Position numbers and translations under genes: made by a program | Notes under the pieces: generated by a model | The model's input: the letters and a program-made list of their open reading frames with translations, nothing else | Databases searched by the model: none | What the model was told of the DNA's origin: nothing | NCBI GenBank assembly: GCA_964035545.1 | Contig: CAXIUT010000127.1 | Span: 1-22,105 of the forward strand | Source of the DNA: Bugula neritina | Taxonomy: Eukaryota; Animalia; Bryozoa | Direction: 5' to 3' | DNA length: 22,105 nt | Shown: positions 10,672-22,030 of the stretch, piece by piece | Position numbering within the stretch: the first letter of the stretch is position 1 | Layout: the number at the start of each line of letters is the position of its first letter

Positions 10672-11616
10672 ATGAACGAAGAAAACGTTATAGAAATCCC
10701 CATTGAAGATGTTAAAAATTAAGATAGTTCTTCTCATATGATTGAAGAATAAGAAGAAATAGCCAAAATATTGCCTCTCAAAATGCTTAAAGATCAATGG
10801 CTAACTGTTTCAAGAGCACAATACAAAAGAACTTGCGGCATCTCTTCTCTAATATCTATCTGGAATCATCAATTTTCTCACCTCGGAATGGGCAAAAACG
10901 ACCCTATCTGTGTCGAACAAGCTATGCTAAAACTCAACCTTATAGGAAAAGGATCAGTATAATAAAACATGCGGAAAAAGTTCAAAAAAGTTGGATAACT
11001 AACTGAAAAGACAGAAAATAATAACACATAAACCAAAGAAGAAGTTCCAGATGAAAATGACTTCAGCAATAAAACTTTACATTAATATGTTAATTCAGTA
11101 TAATTTGGATGTTTCACAGGAAATGATACTCTTCTGAAATGGTATCGACTTCTCTGCAGAATATATGGAGGCAATGGAAGATCTTGTCTATTCTATAAAA
11201 CCAATTCAGAAAGATCTCTTCATAAAACTTAAAAAAGTGCAAAAAAAGCATTAGTCGAAGGACTAAATAATCCCAACATGAGTTTTATCTATCATGCCTA
11301 TGATCACTACTTCTGTCCAGTTGGATACTAGTTCATTCCCAAAGAAGAACCTTAAATTGATACTTTCGAATCAACCCAAGTAAACTAAGAAGGAAATTAA
11401 CTTTATATCATGGTCGGATAATCATCAAAAATGTTTGCAGGCATCCATGTATTCAAATGGAGCGAAATCCAACTCGATCTAGAAACATATTGGCCCAAAT
11501 ACTATAATATCAGACATAGAAGTGATGGAGTTCAAGTAAGAAAAGGAAAATAAAATGATATCCCAGCCACATCAACTATTGACTGCATTATGGCCTTTTA
11601 AAAGTTCAAAGATTGA
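10672..11616 (+). CDS. BIVM: BIVM-family protein (basic immunoglobulin-like variable motif; Cys/His peptidase-like core)
   Basis: SRAQYKRTCGISSLISIWN, FGCFTGNDTLLKW, FIYHAYDHYFCPVGYE and CIMAF match recalled BIVM motifs. Intronless, 314 aa. Confidence 0.85.
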
Positions 11617-11745
11617 TCCAATAATCCATCTGCATAGTATATCCAATTATTTTTGATAATTTTTACAAAAGAACTGTTCTAGATCCTAATTAGATGACAA
11701 ATAGGTTAGAAAAAGGTAATAATATCAAAAAGAAGATATGGTATT

Positions 11746-12164
11746 TCATATTTGACTAAAATACTTTTCATATACTTTTTTCACAGGCTGTGAAAAAGTA
11801 TTTCTAAAACTAATAAACTCATCAACTGAGAACTAGTACTTTCTTTCAATAGTAGCCAGCTCAGTCTTATCATCGACCATCAATATCATCCTACTATCTC
11901 CTATGGCGACAGTACAATCTAGGCAGTTTCTGTTATCAACAGAATTTAATACCTAAGCCTCATTATGAAGAACTATCTTTTTTCCAGAATAGAATGAGAT
12001 TGAGCAGATGATGACATGAACTTATTGTTTGTATTTGATGACCCATTTGACTTTCTTTTTTGAACTATATGATACTATTTCTACGATGGCACTATCTTCC
12101 CGCAAAAGAATACTATTTTCTATACGATAAATATGTTCTGAGCCTAAAAACGAAATGATTGCAT
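11746..12164 (-). CDS. Small hypothetical protein
   Basis: ATG 12164 plus a 20-nt intron at 12065-12084 gives CGKIVPSSKKKVKWVIKYKQEVHVIICSISFYSGKKIV, resembling a recalled protist beta-rich domain. The 3' end is uncertain. Confidence 0.55.
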
Positions 12165-12308
12165 CGATTATTATTAGATAAAAGTTATTAATAAGAAAGA
12201 AATCAAGTCAGAAATAGTTGTACAAATTAAAATGTTAAATATCTTCTCAGAAAACTATTAGATACAGTATTAGAAATTGAGTAGGCATAGTTCAGAGAAA
12301 TATTCTGA

Positions 12309-13058
12309 TCATTTAGCTTAGTCTATCTTCTTATTTCTTTTTCTGATCCTCTTTCGCTTTGGTTTCACCTAACCATCGACTTTCGATGGATTATTATTTA
12401 CAACTTTTTGTTTCTTCTTCACAGAAAGAGGATTAGGTCCTTTAGCGATCTTAGTCTTTATCTGCAAACCCTGCTCAGAAGATAACTGTTTTATTTTATC
12501 TTTCTTTTATTTTTCAGCCTGCTTTTGCTTGAGTTCTATTACTGCCTTCATCTCTCTTTACTAAGGCAATAATTTATCTTTAATTGAATTTTGCAAATAC
12601 ATCATACTTTTTTTATGAATATCCTCCATGGTAATTCTCTGATCTGGTCCAAAATACATAATAGGAACATTATCAAACAACCTCACTCTTCTTCTCAACT
12701 ACAAATCTTGAGAACAAACAAAATATTGTTTCTCATTTTTATTTCCCAATTGTTCAATAATGCAATCATCGACAGATTGTTCTAACGAATGTTTACAATA
12801 AATGACTTTAAATTGTTTTGCATAATTAAAAACCAATCTAAAATGCTCTCCTAGCAACTATAACTCCCTCAATATACAAGAAGTTACTCTAGGTGTAACT
12901 CTAGATTTCAATATTCCTTCGAGTTTTCGCTTGAAATCAATGTCTTTCTCAAGAAGTAGTTTAGTGAAATTACCATCGAGTATCATTTGATAAGGTTAGT
13001 GAAAATTGTAGTTGATTCTGAAGAAATTAACTATCTTATCGATTTGTTGATTATTCAT
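12309..13058 (-). CDS. UTP23: rRNA-processing PIN-domain protein UTP23
   Basis: FFRINYNFHEPYQMILDGNF...TSCILRELELLG...YFVCSQD...AKGPNPLSVKKK. Intronless. Confidence 0.92.
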
Positions 13059-13106
13059 TAAATTATTGTAAAACAAAGAATACTTTTACACAAAGTTTAA
13101 TCAATA

Positions 13107-14762
13107 TCAACTGGATTATTTCTTACTCTTTCTTTTCTATTCATGCACTCGCTACAACCTGTGTCTTTTCTTTATCACTGACTTGTAACTCAAAACATCA
13201 CTATCCTTTAAAATAGAATCACGAAAATGATATTAAATTCCTTTAGGAAGATAAAGAGTCAACTACTTCTTCACTTTAGTGTTACTTTTATAAGCTAATC
13301 TAAAACTGATAAATCCCCAACCAGCAATTTCTAAATCTTAAGTCTTTCCATCAATAAAAGTCAAAAGAATTCTATATTTTTGCATAACAAGTTAATTCAA
13401 TTCTGGCAATCCTTTCCAAAACTATCGATAATTCAATAAAAACCACCGATTATCAGAAGAACAAGCCCCTCCCAGCCCGAACATAATAATCCTCACATTC
13501 TATATTTAAACTTTCCCTCCAAAAAAGAAAGCTCTATGCATCAAAACAGGAGGAGAATAAAATTTATTCCAAGTCAATAATGATTTATAGTTAGGTTTAT
13601 CTATCAAATTATACATATTAGACTAGGAATGCATACCAGGCATATCATAGATGATGTTCTTTTTACTATAGTGCTCTGTTATGTACAATGTAGTGCCTGG
13701 AACTTTTGAAGTTGGTCTGTTCATTCGACCAAGTCTGTTCAACAAAGTTGTCTTACCAGTGTTGGGAAATCCAACCAACTGAACACGATAAATCTTGTTT
13801 TTTTAAATATACTGTTACAACTGTTTTACTCCAGAACGATCAAGACTACTTAACAATAAAACTTTTACATTATTTATTCTCTATTTTAACTGATTTTTCT
13901 ATTTTTCAGAGCGATTGTCAATAAATTCCATCATCATCGCTCTCACAACTTCTAACACAATGTGTCTATTGACATATTTCTAGTTGATAATATCCAATTT
14001 ATTAACAACCACACAGAAATCTACTTCAGCATCAAGTAATCTCTAAAAGACATATTTTTTAAAACTACCACTTATGTCCAAAATATCCAATAAATACACA
14101 TAGTAAGGAGATATCGTCTTATGCTTTTTAAAGATTTTGTTCATCAACTACTATTGATTATTCATTCTCATTTACTAAGAAGTGTTATACTAATCTGGTA
14201 ATTTATTATGATATTTCAAACTATAACATCTGTAGCAATATAATTCCTCTCTTTCCTTCTTTATTCGCTTTATTGTCTGCTACTACTATTAGAAATGGTC
14301 TATTTTCTACTGCAAACGCAATAAAACCTCAACATTATCAAGATTATCCAACTTCTTTGTCCGATTATTAAATATATCGACCCCTAACTCCTTCTCAACT
14401 TCATGAACTATCTCAAGCACCCGATGGTCACTCGCTTCCACCTTATTCCCATAAGTATTCTCAATCAATTTGATATTATTTTTAACAGATCTATCCAACA
14501 CCTCTTCTTTTATAAAGCCATATTTGTTTTTATCCTAAAATTGAAGCAAACTATTGCAACCATCACATCGATGTTTCTTATAATACCTATCAATTGATTA
14601 TGGATTCAGTTGGTTATCTCTAATTCCACCCATTTCCTTTTATTTGATCTTTTTGTAAAGGTCTAGCTTGGATAGATTACGTTGCATTTAATAGATTGAA
14701 GTGTATGATAGGCGAGGTAAAGAGAATGATCTTCGAATTAATTTAGACAAGTTATTAATCAT
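13107..14762 (-). CDS. NOA1: Mitochondrial circularly permuted GTPase, NOA1/YqeH family
   Basis: Presequence-like MINNLSKLIRRSFS; Zn-binding CDGC...CYRC; NKLD precedes GFPNTGKTT, then VPGTT and DMPG (G4-G1-G2-G3 order). Confidence 0.88.
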
Positions 14763-15250
14763 AGTTGTTTATTATAAATAGCATAATATATTGTAAAAGA
14801 ATAATCCTTAATAAAATTAATAATTTTTTTGTTAATAAATAGATATTTACCATCTTTATAGTCAAAAATTAAACTATTTTGATCTTTATGTTTTTCAGTT
14901 TTATTATTATCAACTCTAATATCAAAATATTAACTTTGCTAAATTATCTTTAAAATCGTTTCCTTAAAGATTTATATGATTTAAATAATAAACTTAATCT
15001 TTTACTCATCTGATTAGTCAATATTTATTATAATTAAAAAGGTTTTCTAAAAAGAAGGCAATAGAAGATATTTTGTTTGATTCTTTTATTTTAGATTAGA
15101 AGTAGTTAAAGATGATATAATTTGATAGATTTTAGTTGGTGATGTCAGATATTTAAATCTAGCAGAGTGCGTTATGATAAAATTAACTGGAAATCGGGTG
15201 AATATAACTATTTGTTTTTTAAATCGTTGAGCTATAATCTTAATTCACTT

Positions 15251-16024
15251 ATGCAAGTAATTTCTACAAAACCCTTCCAAATCATCCCTTCCATCAACAC
15301 CATCACCTAATCCTCATAAAGAAAACCTCAATGGAACAAACAAGACAACATCAAGTATGTTGTTTACCTCAACTTCTCCATCAACCATCCTGATCACTCG
15401 TCAGAAAATTAACTCAAATCATGGAACTTCTTTAGAAAACTATCACTCTTCATTCAAACCAAAAACCCTAATCAGTGCAGAATATATCATAAAAAAATGA
15501 TAGAAGAATATACAAATGTTACCTCACTCATATCCAAAATGAAAGCTACCATCCCTAGATTCTAATAATGGAGTCATCACTATGAAAAGTCAATTCTCAA
15601 TGTTAGAAGTTGCCTTCAAAGAGAAAAAGAATAAATAAAAAAATAAACTACTATTCTTCCTCAAAAAATCAATACACAAATCATCAGACCACCCTCTGCC
15701 TATGACTTGATTACTGAAGGAAAGAAAAATGAAGAATAAGGACCAACTGGTGGATAATATCTTGATGATTAACCAGAAATGAAAAATAACTTTTCATTTT
15801 CAACAAAAAAAGAATCAAGACCATCATTCAATCCTCTCTCTTTTGAAGAACCATCCAATTTCAATGAAGATATGAGCTTCTTTAACCAAAAACCCATTCA
15901 AAAATAAAGAAAGAACTTTGAATTCGAAGGTAGAGAATAAAAATGGAAAGACTGCCAAAACAGTTTCATGACTTACTTAGGAAAGCTTAACAGCTTAATC
16001 AATCAAGCTTAATATACCTATTGA
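15251..16024 (+). CDS. Myb/SANT-like DNA-binding protein
   Basis: WNKQDNIKYVVYL...WNFFRKLSLFIQTKNPNQCRIYHKKM resembles a SHAQKYF-type Myb repeat. Intronless. Confidence 0.72.
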
Positions 16025-16085
16025 GCATCTCATTTTCATTAATATTTTTATTCTCTCCAATCATCACTATCATATAGAACATAAA

Positions 16086-17977
16086 TCATTATCGACTCAA
16101 AGTTAAAGAATCTTCTTCGAATTGCTATAAATCAGCCTCACTAATATCAAATATCTAAAAGGCTTTTACATGTTCAATCTAATTCTCATCTTCATAAATA
16201 ATACCAGGCTAGTAAAATTATTATTATTAAGCTTATTTCTAATTCTCCTACTCTTACTTTATCTATTCTTTTATACTCATATAGATCTTGTGGCAAATAT
16301 TTTCAGTTGCCTGAGAGACTTTCAAATTCTATTACTTAGATACTTCATTTTTATTATCTTATTAGGTCTCTTCTTTTTTAAGAGGTTTTCGAGATTATCT
16401 TATCACTTCCATCTGAGAATAAGTTAAATCGCATGGATAGACATCTTTTTATTTTTATTTCTATTTTTATTAATATCTTCCAAGTCTATCTTCCAAGTAG
16501 ACTCGACTATAGCGTTTAGCACTTTGTTGTATCTCTTTTTTTCTTTATTTTTTATTCCCAAAAATATTCTACAACTCCTTGAAGATAATAGAAACAATAA
16601 CTATTATTTTTTGAGAATATATCAAATCTTTAATAGAAGTCACCTCTGATCGCATAATACAAGGACCCAGTACGATACATATATTTTTTAGACCCATCTT
16701 ATTAGTATTCTCTTTAGGAATAACTTTATTCAAAAAAAATTAACACACAATAAGTAAAGTCTTTCTCCTCACTTCTGACAACTTCTTTATTCCTTAGATA
16801 GTAATAGAAGTTATTTTATCTTATTTAGCTGTCATAAATGAAGTAAACAACTAATAAGGAATAATAGGAGAAATAAGATTAGCCAAAAATCTTTTAATAG
16901 CATCTATATAACAACTAAATATACTTGCTATAACATGAGGATTTGTAACTGTTTCAATGAAATCATAATTGCCTTAATCAATTTAAACCAAGATTTCATT
17001 TTAATCATCAATAGATACACTTTTTCTAAATATTCCCTCAGAAGTTAAAGATTAATCCCGTTAATTAAAATAATATATTAACATCTATAAAGGTAATGGG
17101 GCTCCTGCCTGACCAACTTACTACATTATCAAAGAATTACATATTATTAGATTTAACGCTTTTTTGGCTTTTTATCTACTGTAGCTAAAATAACTGAAGA
17201 TTGAAATATTTTTTGACGTTGTGATTTCTTTAATGAAATGTTAGATTCTTCTTTCTTTTATGGCTATGATTATACTGATAATGTAGTTTATTCAGATTTA
17301 GGTTACTACTTTTTCCAATTTTATAAATTAGCTGGTCTCATAGTCTTTTTAGCCAAAACCATTTGAATGTTTTATTCTTTTTATTTGATTTATTCTTTTA
17401 TTTTATGAGGCAATATATTAAACAACTCAATCTAGTTGAGCTGTGATGCCTAAGCTAAAGCATGAAATTATTGAAAATATGTAGTTTTTCCCTTTATATA
17501 ATTAGTAACCAAGTCAAAAGATATCCAATTTAACGCTTTACTTATAAAAGAAGCATGCAATACATAGAGATACTAAAGATGTCTCAGATACTAGATCGGC
17601 AAAAACTATGTAACTTTTAGAAAATCATTAAATGCAGTTTTAGTAGCTTGAGTATTGATATAAATCATAGCATATGTATCTACAGGTCTCGGAATAAGAT
17701 GAATAATATTGAGTATATTTTTTTAGATAGAGTGATTACCTTGCTGGCATCCTAAGATAATATAATAGGCCATATTTTTTTTGTTATTTAGCTTTTAGCT
17801 GATCGGAGTGTTAGGTTTTATGGCTATAATCATACTTCTAGCAGACATTTAAAGTTAAGAGTAGTAAGCCTGTTGCTCAAATTATTGAAATTTAGTTGAT
17901 ACCTTCTTCATCTCGCTATTAAAAGAAGTATTATTCACATATCTATGCTATAACTATTGATTCTACTTGTTCTACAT
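16086..17977 (-). CDS. RhoGAP with an N-terminal BCH/CRAL-TRIO-like domain (p50RhoGAP-like architecture)
   Basis: LRHLEYLYVLHASF (BCH-like); EGIFRKS, NPHVIANAIKRFL and NKMGLKNICIVLGPCIMR (RhoGAP). Introns at 17121-17140 and ~16904-16924. Confidence 0.82.
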
Positions 17978-18110
17978 TTTTATAATATTGATTATTATCT
18001 CATCAAAATCACATCAAAATCACTTTTATCAACTTTTGTAAATACTTTATTTATTTTATAAAACTATTTCCTTAAAAGTTATTATTCCATTAGTTTTTAT
18101 TATTAAAAAA

Positions 18111-20330
18111 ATGTCACGGTTATCTCCTTAAATATATAGAAAATCTCCTTATAGACCATAGTATTCCCCCCATTTCAAAAAAAATCAAGACTCTTCTTAC
18201 TAAAGATATAAAAATCAAACTAGCAGCTATACCCCTCCTAAATCAACATCTCATAAACATCCTCATGAATGTTCTTAACCCTATCTTTACAACTACACCT
18301 AAAAAAAGAAAAATACAGACCATAACATAGTTATAAATCTTAAAGATAAAATAAAATATCTAACAAAAGAAAATCAAGAACTTTACAGAATGCTTGAATA
18401 AAGAGCTAGTATTATCATTTCTCTATAGAAATAACTAGATATACAAAGTACAAGATAAACTTAGAATTTACATTCGATTTAACAATAAAAAATAAGACAA
18501 CTTTAAGAAACACAAAGAACATTTAACAACTATTAATCCCAAATAGACTCATTAACTCGATAACTCAGAAGATTAAATGATTAATACGCATAAAAAACAG
18601 CAGTAAAATCAAGAGAAATCAATGAACTACATCATGTAGTAAATAAATAACAACTTCTAAGAGCAACTATTAAAGCTTAGACACTAACTCGCTAAAATAG
18701 TTAAGAATAAATTCAATTTTTAAAGAGATTAGTGGATTAAAAAAGCATAGAAATAAACTAATTAACTTATTCTTTCAAAAATAGTAATTAAACACTAAGA
18801 AGTGAAATAAAAAACCTACAAAATGAAATAATAGATTTAAAAGCATAAAATAAAACATAAATGTTATAACAAAAAATAACGTATTAACAATTAATATAAA
18901 AACAAAGAAAATAAATGATAATTGAGAAAGAAAGAATAGTCAATCAACATAGTACATAAATAAACAATTTATAAAAGTTGATAAGTAGTCGCATGAATAT
19001 AAAATAAAATAAACAAAATGATAGAAAATATGAAGATTTATTATAATAAAATAAAAGATTAAAAATAACATTTAATCAATTGCAACCTTATTCTAGTAAA
19101 AATCAAAATTAATAAATATAAAAATTAAATAAAAAACATATAACTTAAATAAATCATCTAAAAGGATAAAATATAGCTGTTGTTCATAATTTGCAAACAT
19201 AAATAAACAGATTAACTGAAATAATAAAAATAAAGTAATCATAAAATAATAGTCCAAGAACCCATCTCACTCAAATCATACAAAAATGCAATCATGATAA
19301 ATTAATTATAGCTTTAACTGAATAAAACACTAAATTAAAACGATAAATAAATCAAATATAAATATTAAAACAAAATTTAAAAGAACAAATCTAAATAAGC
19401 AATAAAAACAAATAAATGTTGAATAAATAAATAGATTAAAAAGAATAATTAAAAAAAATATATTAAGTATAACTTCTAGGACTAAATTTATAATTATCAT
19501 AAATAAAAATAATAAACAAATAAGCTAGTCTTATTAAAAATGAATAAATATAAGAATAGTTAAAAAAAACATCAACTATTACTTTCAGATAATAAAAATA
19601 ATAAAATAATAATATTAGATATAACTCAAAATAGAATAATTAGGTAGATTGTTTTAATGAGAAGATAACATAGTTTACATAAAAACATTTTGAATAAATA
19701 AATCAAAAGAACAAGATAATAGATATGCTAACAAAATAGAAATAATATCTAGCTATATAAATAAACAAACAAAAAGGATTTTATTAAGCATAACTACATA
19801 AAAGATAATCAGCCATTAGAAACAATATCCATCTGTATGAACAATAAGTCAAAAAGATAAAATCAACTAATAACGTAGAATCTCAATAAATAATCAAACA
19901 ACTGTAATCTACAAAATAAAGATTGACAGTATAGATAAATAAATTAAAAAATAATGAAGAATATTTATTGAAATAACTATAAAAACAAAATAAATAAAGA
20001 TAAAAAGATAAAAGTTATCAACCTAACTATTACCTATAACAAAGATTATAAGACTAAAAAATAATAATATAATAAAATATAAAAAAATAATATATCAAAT
20101 AAATCAATTCTTTACATTATCAATTATAAGCCATAAATTCTAAATTAATACACAAAGATAACTAGTTATCTATTTTAACATAAAAATATCAACGTTTGCA
20201 ATCTAAATTGAAGATGGTAGTATAAAGTCAATAAACATTAAAAAAAATGGAAGGCAAAGTCTATTAAATCTAACAATAAAATTCAATCATTAAAAATTTA
20301 GCTGAAATGATCAAAAGCAGAAAACAATGA
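18111..20330 (+). CDS. Long coiled-coil protein (~739 aa)
   Basis: ATG 18111 and TGA 20328-20330 are in frame. E/K/Q/I/L-rich heptads with most Glu encoded by TAA. Middle lines were only spot-checked for TGA. Confidence 0.75.
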
Positions 20331-20386
20331 TCCTTCATATCTATTATCAATATTAAAATTTAAAAATCATTAATAAAATTAAAATC

Positions 20387-21366
20387 ATGGAACAACTCAG
20401 ATCGAGCATCTTGTCAGATTAATAAACAATAGCAAAAAAGAGACGATTCGGTCTATTTAGTCAACTCCGCCCATCGCACTCGGCTAAAGCAACATTTTTC
20501 AATCAAAAACAGGTATAAATTATTATATTTAGCTCGTAAAGGATAAGATGGAAAGCCAATAACTAAACCCAGAAACATGCTAGCTGGTTCTAGTTTATCA
20601 GGAGTCGGAAAGAAGAGTTTTATCAATGTTCCAAGTTCAATAAATACTGGAGATAAATATTTAGATCCTGAAAAAATATAACTACAATACTAACAAAAAT
20701 TACACGGAAAATCACCTCTACATTAATACGATTTCAAATCATTAAGCGGAGTCAAATAAACGTAAATATAATACGATAAAGAATCAACTCAACATATAAA
20801 CATATCGACTAAAATCCAAAATAAAAGGCTAAACCTGCTAAAGATGATATGGGAAGAATCATCATTCAATAAAAACAATTCACATCCAATCCTCTCACTA
20901 AAGTTGATAGCACTTTCTTCAAAGCTCCTAAACACATCCTAGATCCATACTAAAGAAAATAAGAACTTTAAAGTTAAGAAAGAAAACTCTCAAAATCAAA
21001 AATAGTAGGATAGGGAATGTTCAGATCAATGAGTCTAGGAAATATTGCCTTTTCCAACAATAAATAAACCTATGGTATTGATTCTAGTGCTCTTTAGTTG
21101 CTAAAACATAAAAAAAGCTTTGTCAACTCACCTCCAAGAGTAGCTCAACACGATGGAAGGTTCAAACTTGCCGAGGAGGTCATGGAAATCCTCTTGGAAA
21201 ATATCCATAATATATGCCAGATTCTCCATTGAAATCTCAAGAATTAAAGCCAGCAAGCAAGAGTCCTTAGCCAGGTTAGCGATGGAACAACATAGGGAAC
21301 AAATCTCTTTCAAGACCAACTCCATCTATCAGTTACAGCACTTTTTCTATCCGAAAGCACTTGTGA
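20387..21366 (+). CDS. CFAP96: CFAP96/C4orf47 (UPF0602)-like ciliary protein with two apparent frameshifts
   Basis: RFGLFSQ, PPIALGE, KPRN, GDKYLDP, DPYE, GKYPEYMPD and SRPTPSI. 20-nt introns at 20513-20532 and 20762-20781. -1 frame changes are needed near 20467 and 21171. Confidence 0.72.
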
Positions 21367-21425
21367 TATTGTAATAATTGATAGACTATTTGGTATAATA
21401 TAAAGAGGGATATTTGAGGAGATTA

Positions 21426-21960
21426 TCAGATTTCAATATTTCCAATGAGGTTGGCTGATTGAGCCGCAAGAGCACTTTTTTGCTAAACATCAGATATAGT
21501 CTTTTATGTTGTATATGGGTATTAGCAAGAACATTTTAGTAGTTTCTGTGAAGAACTCTGCGAAGGACCTGTCGGTTGATCTCGTTCTCTCGGTTGATTT
21601 CAGAATCTTCCTCATTGATCCCGAAAAGCTATATCATATGAAAACGAGTTTTAGACTAGTTTAAAGACCCCGCGAATGTATTCAACCTTTCATTGTGGTG
21701 CTAAGTGGGAAACATGGGTAAGTCTCTGTAAAATACCTTAATAATAAATTTCGGAATATTTGTGGCCTTTCTTTTCTTTTTTAAGGTTTTTCTATCAAGT
21801 GAGGAAGAACTCTATCAAAAGGTTTGATGAGTTGTCTGGGATCGAACACTACTTTTCTGATAGATTTTTTAGAAAGAGACTTATCATCTTCTAAAATAAT
21901 CATCTCCTAACTCTAAATTTTAGGTTATTCTTCTTTTTGGATTGGTTCTGAGACTTACAT
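21426..21960 (-). CDS. Hypothetical protein with an apparent frameshift
   Basis: MEVSEPIQKEEEPK... continues best in the -1 frame after an A6 run (plus-strand T6 at 21777-21782): KRKATNIPKFIIKVFYRDLPMF...LYLMFSKKVLLRLNQP. The 3' end is uncertain. Confidence 0.5.
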
Positions 21961-22030
21961 AAAATAGGCTATTAATCACAATATTTATTAAACCAAAATA
22001 TTTCTACATTCTTAATTATATTATCACCAA

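Noticed and set aside
11860-11900. MILMVDD as a response-regulator receiver motif
   Set aside because: No other receiver-domain motifs follow it.
18111-20330. Euplotes-type +1 frameshifting at AAA-TAA
   Set aside because: AAA-TAA reads in frame as Lys-Glu, and the start and stop are in the same frame.
1047-21374. ORFs in the supplied six-frame track
   Set aside because: They were computed with TAA/TAG as stops and alternative starts. Most are antisense or off-frame shadows, and the rest are fragments of the genes called here.
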